This document shows, in pieces, positions 53,920 to 64,000 of a stretch of 64,000 nucleotides of DNA (positions are counted from its first letter, which is position 1; each line of letters begins with the position of its first letter). The notes under the pieces were generated by a model, which was not told where the DNA came from, did not search any database, and saw only the letters and a list, made by a program, of their open reading frames with translations. The position numbers and the translations under genes were made by a program. This DNA is from Chrysomallon squamiferum (taxonomy: Eukaryota; Animalia; Mollusca): assembly GCA_012295275.1 (NCBI GenBank), contig CM022679.1, positions 3,968,001 to 4,032,000 on the forward strand, given 5' to 3'.

Positions 53920-55467
53920 GAAATTATTATTATTATTAATTTATTCGTTTATTATGTTGTTGTTTTTACTATTATTGTTTTTAAATCAACTAAAATTAAT
54001 TCTATATCGTCTATTTAGATATTTTAGTTTGAAAGGTTGGATGTGAAATAAGTTATACAAATAATGTTTCACTACCGTAGAAATCCTTACAGTTATGTGT
54101 TTTTTCTCAGGCGCAGACATATCTTTGACTTACGATGCGGCTTACAAGAACTATCGTGCTTCGCAAGGATTAGAGGAATCAGACACAGTCTGTATTCATT
54201 GGTGCAATAGAGAAGTGAATGGCGGGCTGAAAGACTTGGTTTAATTAGCACTTTAATTTACTGGCTGACTGCAGTTGTAGAATAAGTCATCATGACACTT
54301 CCTGAATCCAATATTTGTCAGCTTCTTTTTACACTTTAAGAGATTGAACATTATTTTTGTATGATTTTAGAGGCGGCTAGAATATTGTATGCGTCATTTT
54401 GTTTTTATTTAGCAATAGAATGACTGTGCGAAAGATAATGACACACTGAAGGATATTAATGACTGGGCAGAACTGAAATAAATAACAGACAAACAAGAAA
54501 ACACAGTTATGACGGATACATCCTATTTCAGTAACTTCCATCATTACAGCAGTAATAAAACTTGCAGCTGCAACAACGGCTGCTATCCTATCCATCCCAT
54601 CAGTAGCAACAGCAACATTTGCAACAACATCAGAAACAGCTATCCCAACCAACCATCGCATCAACAACAGCAACATATACTGAAATACATACTTATAAAT
54701 CGACTTTATTAACACAGAGATGTAGTTTATAGTCTAAAGACTTTAAAATAAATTTCCATTATGTGCGCGAGTGCAAGTCAGTTGTACTGAAACAACCTTG
54801 CATGTCTCTTATCAGCTGTCACTGGAAGCAACAGGCCTTTGCGCCTTGTCCATTACTGTCTGCACGGACCTTTCGAAACTGACTGCACGGACATCTGCAA
54901 GCACCCATATACCGAGCTTTCAAACACTTTAATACAGTCAAATATCACCGTGGTACAGTCACTGTAGGCACAAAACGATACAAAGTTTAATGAGCTGTTT
55001 AAGAAGTATTGAGATGTCTGAATCGTCAAGTTTGAGTAAATGCAGTGAACGTCTGTCTCCTATTAACGTATTAATAACATGTTACTTACTATGTGCTTTG
55101 AAAAAGTTGCAAATGGTTTCGAGTATGCAAGTGAATGTCTAAATGTTTGTTTTCAATGAATATAATGACCACTGATACCGTAATGTTTTCATGCAGTTTG
55201 AATAAATCATGCTAGGATTTTTATTCACTGCGTCAGAAATAAAAATTTTCTTTGTTTTATAGCAAAAAACCCTTTGTAGAATTACCAAACCCTGTAATAT
55301 GATCCATGAAATGACGATACCAAACAGTAAAACTTGTTGAGTGAGAACTTTTCACGTATAGAAAAAGAGATAACAAAAATCGGATTATAAATTTTTCACA
55401 AACTTGGACATCGCTGCTTCTAAATTATGATAAGAACAATAAACTGAACACAAATTTAAGTACTTAC

Positions 55468-55525
55468 CTTCAGATACTAGAGTCATGATGACTACAGTCA
55501 ATCCAAAAACCGAAGATGTCATCAT
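55468..55525 (-). CDS. Probable signal-peptide exon of the Ly6 gene (MMTSSVFGLTVVIMTLVSE)
   Basis: ATG, 19 mostly hydrophobic codons, perfect phase-1 donor AAG|GTAAGT; joins in frame to give ...VSEVFG-LKC (131 aa in total); implies an intron of about 24 kb. Confidence 0.7.
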
Positions 55526-56029
55526 ATTTAAAACAAACTCTCATTCCTCCAGAAACGTGAAGTCAAACTTTCCTCTGGCTTAAATTTAATCGAAACACAA
55601 ATTGTCATAAACCATCAAAACCGCGACCCACCAGACATCAAAACAGGAAATTCAAAACGTCAAAAAGTAAATAGAAAATGTCAAAATAGCAAGCACAAAC
55701 GTCAAAGTTTCAAAATTTCAATGTCAAAACTTCATTGTGAAAACAAAGGAACTACGAAGTCAAAGCATCAAAAGGAAATGTCTACGTTTTCTAAAACTCA
55801 AAAAAAAAAAAAAAAAAATTAAAAAAACAAACAAAACAAATCACTCTTTTGTTCCTGATCGTGGAGTAACTCAACTGTTACGAATGCTTTATATAAGCCA
55901 CAAAAAAATTTTAATTTGTGAGATAACAGTAGCGTTGGCATGGCCTTTATGAAGGATCGAATTGTTTCCCGTTATCCTTTAAAAAGTTCACCATACTCTC
56001 GAGGCTCCGATTGTAATATTAATTTCCAG

Positions 56030-56330
56030 GCCGAGTTTCGCCACACGGTGTCAGCATTCATCAGCACGCGCAGACGGTCACACGAGACGGACGCGAGGGG
56101 AAACAACGCGAAGTGCCGAACTGAACTGTCTCGCCTTCTGGTCCAACTCCTGTTTCTCTCCGTCGTATTGGCGTCACCGGTTCACCGCTATCAGATATGA
56201 TTGGTAAACTCAGTTGGTGTTTTATCGATTCGGTTCTTACCTGATCTGTGATAGCACTACGGCTTGTATCTTTTCTACGATAAGAGGTGGGAGATAGCGC
56301 AAAGAACAAAGACTACGTGCGTTGGCGTAT
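56030..56330 (-). promoter_or_regulatory. Probable promoter and 5' UTR region of the Ly6 gene
   Basis: Locally CpG/GC-rich; two minus-strand CCAAT boxes (about 56167-56171 and 56200-56204); Inr-like TCAGTT (about 56119-56124); minus donor CAG|GTAAG at 56241/56240 and a strong minus acceptor at 55791. Confidence 0.45.
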
Positions 56331-56636
56331 ATGTTATATCAGTGTCAATGTTTATTTTTAACAATTAACATAAACGTAAAATAAGATAAAGCCATCTCTG
56401 ATGCCGTTCAGGGAACTCGTTTGATTCTCTAGGCTTCAGGCTAAATGCTTTGTCTCCAGCTGAATTCAAAACGATACAAGCTTGCATTACTTCTGTTGAA
56501 CCAGTCAGTTTATTGGTTGGACACATAGACTTTCAAATCGAATGAATTTTAATCACATTTGGTTACCCTCGTAACTCTAGTAAAACTACTTCTTGTTTTC
56601 TGAGTCACTGCTGACAAAACTGTAAAGAGAATAAAA

Positions 56637-56730
<94 letters not shown>

Positions 56731-57455
56731 TTCTGAATTTGCTTAATGCATCTCTAAATTGGCAATACTATTTTATTCTCTATTTGTTTTAAACTCCAAA
56801 CTAATGAAAAATATTATTAATCATATTTGCTTATCTTCTTCTGTTCGTTTCATGATGATGATGATGATGATGATCATTATTATTATCTAATATTTTCCAA
56901 ATTACACGTAGTGTTTAGGTACGAAAATCACCGAAATAAATATCTATTATTTTTGTTAATTTTTTTACAAGAATTTGTGGCTGTTGGAACAGGCAATCTA
57001 ATCGTCAATGTTTACTAATGAACAACGAGCTCGGGTTGAGTGCAGGCTGTATTGATCATTTGTACGTACGTACGTACGTGTGTGTGTGTGCGAGAAGAAA
57101 CTGAACAGTGGGTCTTGTCTTCATACACTGACTGCAATGAAATTAATGAAGAACAAAAAAAGAGAGATGATCTCAGCTGCTGGTTCCTCCTACGCTGAGT
57201 TTTCTTCTGCTTTTTTTTTTTTAACAGAACACTATTTGCATTTTGAATTACATTTATCAGTACTAACTGTTCATTCGTGTACACTTGGTCTTGAGGGTTG
57301 GGGGTATAAAACTATCACAGAGACAAAACGAATTTAGTAAGAAATTATTAATCGAACGTGTGAAAAGATTTAGGTATAAACAATATAGGATATGACTTTT
57401 GGTAACGATCTGCCTGTACAAGTATTGTCATACAAGTGGTTAAGGTTTTTTGAAG

Positions 57456-57564
<109 letters not shown>

Positions 57565-58814
57565 CGCTTCCGAGACACGAACAACTCTTTTTGTTAATAA
57601 ATGGCAAGGTATTCTGTTATATATATATGCAGCTTTCAGTCATTAAGCAAAGGTTGGAACTGAATAGGATCGATCCTGTTACGTCTCAGCCCTGTGTTCT
57701 AAACACTGAGCCCGGATTATATGACTACTTATGAAAATGTTACTTTCTTTGACATGTTTTTTCTTTCATATTTTAAAAATTCTTCTATTTTTTTTTCGTT
57801 TTATTTTTTTATTTGATTAATTAGTAAACATTAAATATTATTACTATTATTATTATTATTATTATTATTATTATCATCATTATCATTATTATTAATATTA
57901 GAACTAGTAGTAGTAGTGACATTAGAGATAGTAATCAAAGAAGTAGTACTAGTAGTAGCTGTAGCAGTGTTAGTAGTGGTAGTAGTAATAGAAAAAAAGA
58001 CAAGAAAACTCTGTTCCAGAAGAAGCAATCGTTATTTGAATATCTTTTAAACCAATACAACACAAATAACATTTATTTATTATAATATTATATTTTTTTC
58101 ACGTATTTCTTCATATAGTTTCTAAATAATTATGTTTTTGAACACCATATTGTTAGATGTTTTCTTCATGCACTTACACCTAATTTTTTAATAACATCTA
58201 TCCCTCACCTCAGTTTTAGTCTGTGTAATAAAACAATAAAAACGTAGTCACAAACAAAATGTTGAATTTTTTTTTCTTCCCAATAACTGAAATCCCTGGT
58301 CAAATATTCCGGGAAGTAATCGTTTTTAGTAAGACATGATTAATTTATTGTTATTCCTTGCAGGCACGTTTTGTTTAATATTTTTATAATGTTTTCGGAA
58401 CAGTATTACCTTATTTCATACTGAATTAAACAACTCATTTTTTCTTCCTTGTTTGTCTGCAGGAACTGAATCCAAAAATAATCACGAATCTCTGACATGG
58501 GCGAACAAACCGTTTCTGTGTCGATTTGTACAAAATATCGAAAACATGTCCCTACAGAAGCCTGTACAAAATAACAAACGTGTTAGGTTGTTAGTGGGTT
58601 AGCTAGTTAGATACCGAGTTCGTACATTTCTTTAGATATCTTTTTGTGATGGTCGCTAACGTGTTGCGGTCTTGGTAGTTTTGGATTTGAGTTATGTCAC
58701 AGAGGAAGACGTATTTTACCAAACGTCTGACTCAGGACTTGTTTATATGTGCTTATTTGGTGTCTTACGTCTGGTTGGGTGTTATTGCAGATAATACATT
58801 CTGTTACGCGATGA

Positions 58815-58960
58815 GATACATTGGCAGTAAGGCATGTTTTATATCCCATAGCAAGATAAACACTTTCCACAACAATTTGAAAAAAAAACCTGTCCTAGAG
58901 CTCTGATCGGGTTGAGAAATGTATCAAAATGCGCACTGAAGAGATTTGATCCTACTACCC
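58815..58960 (-). mobile_element. Degenerate SINE fragment
   Basis: Loose similarity to the reverse complement of the 44285 element plus a tRNA B-box-like GATTTGATCC. Confidence 0.35.
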
Positions 58961-59375
58961 TTCAATCCAAAAAAACTAATAGATACAAAATGTAAGAATT
59001 AAAGTCCGACTTTCATCACAATACGAAATTTCATTTTGATACAGTTAAATTGTGCCGACTTATGTATAATATATGATTTTTCTATTCCTTAGAAATTGTT
59101 ATTTCTCATTCTCATTCAGCATCAGTGCAGGGATCCAAACACATAAACTGATAAATCTTCTCTGATTTCCCTTGTTAAAAATCCTGTTTTCGCACCTAAA
59201 AGTGCAGACAGTCAAAAACAGAAACAAAAAATTAATGGTTAAGGATATTTGACTCGAATTTTGATCGATTAACTGCAACAAATGCAATAAAAAAAAAAAA
59301 TAAATAAATAAATATGTATATATAAAACAAAATTAATAATAATTAAAAAAATGATAAACAAAATAATAATAAAAA

Positions 59376-59406
<31 letters not shown>

Positions 59407-60899
59407 TAAATAAAAGTAAAAATAAACATTGTCTTTTACAGAGCAACCGACATTTTTATCTTTTGTGTCTGTTTGTGTGTGTATATGTTTGTGTTTGTGT
59501 GTGTTTGTGTGTGTTTGTGTCTGTTCGTGTGTTTTTGTGTGTGTGTGTGTGTTTGTGTCTGTTTGTGTGTGTGTCTGTTTGTGTGTGTTTGTTTCTATTT
59601 GTGTATTCGTGTGTTTTTGTGTCTGTCTGTGTGTGTGTATGTGTTTGTGTCTGTGTCTGTTCATGTGTGTTTGTGTATGTGTTTATTATCATCATTATTC
59701 TCATAATCACCATCATAATCATCATACAGTGCAAAATTATTCTCATTTTTTTGTTGTTGTATCTAATAAAACGCATTTGTAAGGCTACACCACTCGTAAA
59801 ACAGTTATAGCTCTGTTCGCTTTACATTTAATGTAATATTTCACGTATAATAAAAACGTATTTTGAACATTTTAATGAGTTTTGTGAGAAGATTTAAACT
59901 ATGATATAAAGTTTTATATACTGGTTTATGTCATACGTATTTTAATGTTGTTTTCATCGTTGATAAGAACTAAGCTCAAACAAATAAATAAATAAACAAA
60001 CAAACAAACAAACAAACAGACAAACAAACAAACAAACAAACAAACAAATAAATAAATAAATAAATAAAGTATCTCGTTGAAACAAAGAAATCAGTTGAGG
60101 CGAGAGTTTATTTTTATTCTCTTGATGACAAATTGTGTACATAAACAAAAGTTTGATTTGTTCAAAATATTTGAATCTCTTTTGACATGTCCATGCAATT
60201 TATCCTTATGACAGAATAAAACCCATAATCCATATAATAATATAAATATATTAATATATAATATAACGATAATAAATTATTATATTACAATGCCATAAAC
60301 TAGTAAATAATTTTTAAAAGTTGGAATCAAAATTGTCGCTTTTTTAATATGTATTATACTTCTTTTATGAAATTATTATAGGGTGCTTATAGCAAATACC
60401 TTAAAAATAGATTTTAAAATATTTAATGGTTTGTTTTACGACATCACACACACACACGCACACACACAAAGGATGTAAAATTCATCAGTTAACAACAAAC
60501 ATACAATATAAGTAATTACAAAAATTAGTACGTGTTTGTATTATTATAATAATATGACTTTTAATGTAGATCCCGCTATATTGCAAAGATCGTTAGAACT
60601 TTATTTTTCTTATATTAATTAAGAATATAATTATAAGTGGAAACAAGAATCAATTATTCTATAATTTACGAATTACCAGATTTCCGCTCACTGCGACACC
60701 AGACAGTGAGAAACCTCAACAGATTGACGATTCCTGCGTCTGTGATTTAAAACCGAGTTAAAACCAGACGAGTCTGTTTTGTAAAATTATTGCAAGGGTT
60801 TCTTCTGTGGGTAATAAAATTGGGTGTGAGTGAATTAAAGACAGTGACACAGTCAAAAACGTTACTATTTATGTGTCATCGTCATTAACCGAATATGTG

Positions 60900-60907
60900 T
60901 AATAAAC

Positions 60908-61001
<94 letters not shown>

Positions 61002-61340
61002 GTGGATCTTATTGGCTGAGTTAGAAAGAACAAAAAAAACAGCATTCACATTAATTATATTAAGACTTAAAATGAGACTTCAGAAGATCCATTCAAACTT
61101 GAATCCAGAAACAACCGTAAAAGATAGATTTTCCATGTGTTTATTTGTCTTTTTACCCGTGAACATGTAGCTCATCGGGACAGATGCTGAACCATTAGGA
61201 GGTGCACTGATGTCTGATTTTTTTCCCGTGTCTTAGATTACACACTTACGAAAATTTGTCGTACTCACCTTCGTGCTATAACAGAGATATTACATTGTAT
61301 ATTAATTTTTTGTAATGATAATAAATTTTTTAATTTATCA

Positions 61341-61389
<49 letters not shown>

Positions 61390-61487
61390 ACATTATGTAG
61401 GTAAAGCTAAAACAGTGTTCAAAGTTTAGCTGTATTCTTTTCTTTTGCTGTTTAAAACTCGTGGGTTGATGATCTTTTGTGATTCTG
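60900..61487 (-). repeat. Right arm of a long inverted duplication
   Basis: Collinear inverted match to 49954-50615, including homologous (AT)n and (GA/CT)n tracts. Confidence 0.9.
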
Positions 61488-61832
61488 TTACTAGTATTCA
61501 GTCATTATTTCTTTCTCTGATATTTCGTAATTAATTCCCTCAGGATGTGCATAACGATGATGATTCCGTTAATGATGATGATACCGTTAATGATAACAAT
61601 GATAATTACGATTATAATGGTGATTACGAAAATGATGATGACAATGAAAATATATACATACACATGCAAACATACGCACAAAACAAAAACAGGGGGAGAA
61701 AAGGAACCAAGACGATTTGCAAAATGTCGGTTGCTGTTTAGAATACACTGTTTTGTAAACATGCTTCACAACACAACAGCTTAGTCTGATTAGCTCATTA
61801 ATTTTTATCCAGTCACGTGATTCTTGACAAAA

Positions 61833-61866
<34 letters not shown>

Positions 61867-63502
61867 TCAGTACACAGAAGATATTGCCGTTATTTTCCGT
61901 TCTGATATTAATCTGGAAAGACTCTTGTCCTATTCTGGGTCACTAATTTGCTTTCTTCCTGTCAGTTTTCATTCACGACATACGCTAAGTATGAAGTCAT
62001 AGTAACGTAGATGAGTGTTCTTATCTTCAGTACGGAAGATTCACCGTTAATAGAGGGAGATAATTTAGAGGTTAGCAGTACTTTAATGTCAGAAAAAAAA
62101 AAAAAAAATAATAATAATAATAACGGCCACTAACAAATTACAAACAAAATAAAAGTTTCTGTTGAAAAATACTTAACAACGACATCTACTACTTCATCTT
62201 CTAATAATAACAGTAATAAGAATACAAATAAGAAGAAGGAGAGGTAGGAGAAGGAGAAATAACAAAGAAAAAGGAAAACAAAAGTACTATAAGATAGTAA
62301 TTATTATTGATGTAATTACTGGAAAGATTATTGAATAAGATGAATCATAGAAAAAAATCCATGAAAAACAAAAGATCAAGAAAAAGACAAAGAAGAAAGA
62401 AAGAAAGAAGAAAAATAAAAGAAAGGAAAAAAGAGCAGATATATCTATTACTATTGACACTAACTATAATCCTAACCCTAACTCCATTTATTATCGTAAT
62501 CCCAGTTGTACATGAAACATAAATCTAGTTCTGTTCTCCTGCGCCTCAGATCATTTTCTGTTACTGAGAAAATAAGACAAAAAGAAAAAAACATATCTGA
62601 ATTTATATTATCACAACTTCGCCTTACAGTATCTGTAGACATTGATTATGTATTCACTCGATACAAATCACTCAAAAAAAAAATAAAATAAAATAAAATT
62701 AATATAAATAAATTTTTTTTTTTTTTTAAAAAACCCGAAAAACCTATAACATTATACTTCAAACATATAGAACTAAAGTTCATGTGGCAAAGGAGCGTTT
62801 ACACGATTCAACATTTAGGAACGATCCAAGTTACTTTGAGTCTGAGATAATAAAATAGTTGAAATAAAGTTATGAATTTTAAAAAATAAAACAAAAGATT
62901 TATAATACATGAAACTAATACAAAAAAGATGGACGAACTAATAAAGATGCAGTTAGAAAGAGTTTTATTGCTTGAGTTATATATATTAAGTAGATTTAAG
63001 ATGGGCAACTTTCAAGGTAAAAGAATTTCATTACAAATAATTCTTTGATAGTTAGTCATTGTCTTGAACGGGAAATTAACCAGTGGGAGTATTGTTGAAG
63101 ATTGATCCCATACAGGTTTGAACACGTGAATGAATATGTCTTTAAGCATGTTTATTTTAACCTATTCTCAACTTAATTAGTAAAACAAAATTCAGGATTT
63201 ACTCTTGACTTCTGTTTTCTTTGCTTGTGGAAGATTTCTCTTTTATGTTTTAATAATTAGTGTCAAAATAAGATAACAAAAGATGAAAAAAGCTAAAAAA
63301 AAAAAAAATATTTTTATTGAAAAGAAAGTTTTCAGGCCATTTTTGGATTTGTTTTCAAGGCACTTGCCTTCGGGACAGCGTTGTCTGCTTGTTAACAAAT
63401 TTATAAATAAACCGAAAACAGGGTTTTCCTAATTACAAATGAGTTTTTCATCTTTTTATTATTAAAATGATTAAAAACAACAAGACTCGTATCATGCCCA
63501 GC

Positions 63503-63559
<57 letters not shown>

Positions 63560-64000
63560 AAATAAAATTGAAATAAAAAAATAAAATATTAATTAATTTA
63601 GATGTGATGAGTTATTATTATTTAGTGTTATATATTTCTGTTTTGTCTGTGTGTGTGTGTGTATGTGTGTGTGTAATGTGTGTATGTATGTGTTTGTGTG
63701 AATTTGGCTGTATGTGTGATTGGTATGTATATATGTATTTGCATATGTATGTTTCTGTGGGTGTTTATGTATATGTGTATGTCTGTGTCTGTGTGTGTGG
63801 ATATATTTTCTTCCACTTATCATCAAATATTCTCTTCACGACAATTTGGAAATGAATTAAAACGAACAGTTACGCGAGGAGGACTGAACCTAATACGTAC
63901 CGCGCCTCAGACCAGCAGCTACTTAACATGCACAGACAGATGTACTGACAAAACTAATCTTTTTATCACAACGAAAACAATTGTGAATAACGACAGTTTT

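Noticed and set aside
54111-54245. Plus-strand acceptor followed by about 43 open codons (ADISLTYDAAYKNY...)
   Set aside because: No recognisable homology, no convincing donor and no linked exons.
55940-56200. Plus-strand 86-aa ORF with a hydrophobic stretch
   Set aside because: No recognisable domain; better explained as the GC-rich promoter or leader of the minus-strand gene.

Overview
AT-rich, intron-containing animal genomic DNA, probably an invertebrate; degenerate SINE-like fragments resemble gastropod elements, judged from recollection only. Positions 1-21293 (+) hold the 3' part of a Sidekick (sdk) adhesion gene: the last three Ig domains, 13 FN3 domains, a TM helix and a tail ending in GFSSFV*. 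I traced 30 exons with consistent GT-AG phases, apart from one 1-nt deficit at about 5731. FN3 repeat 10 is encoded by two paralogous same-phase exons (13190-13409 and 14118-14343) that must be mutually exclusive. They are surrounded by competing complementary sequences and by RBFOX- and QKI-type motifs; this is the main finding. A convergent minus-strand Ly6/uPAR three-finger, GPI-type gene has coding exons at 55468-55525 (inferred), 31334-31468 and 28311-28513. Its introns contain a foldback-like repeat, an E-box/CRE/TATA cluster, a Tc1-like relic, a hAT-like MITE and many microsatellites. A roughly 600-bp inverted duplication (about 49954-50615 and 60900-61487) brackets its promoter and first exons. 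Most ORFs in the supplied track after 21.3 kb are simple-repeat artefacts.
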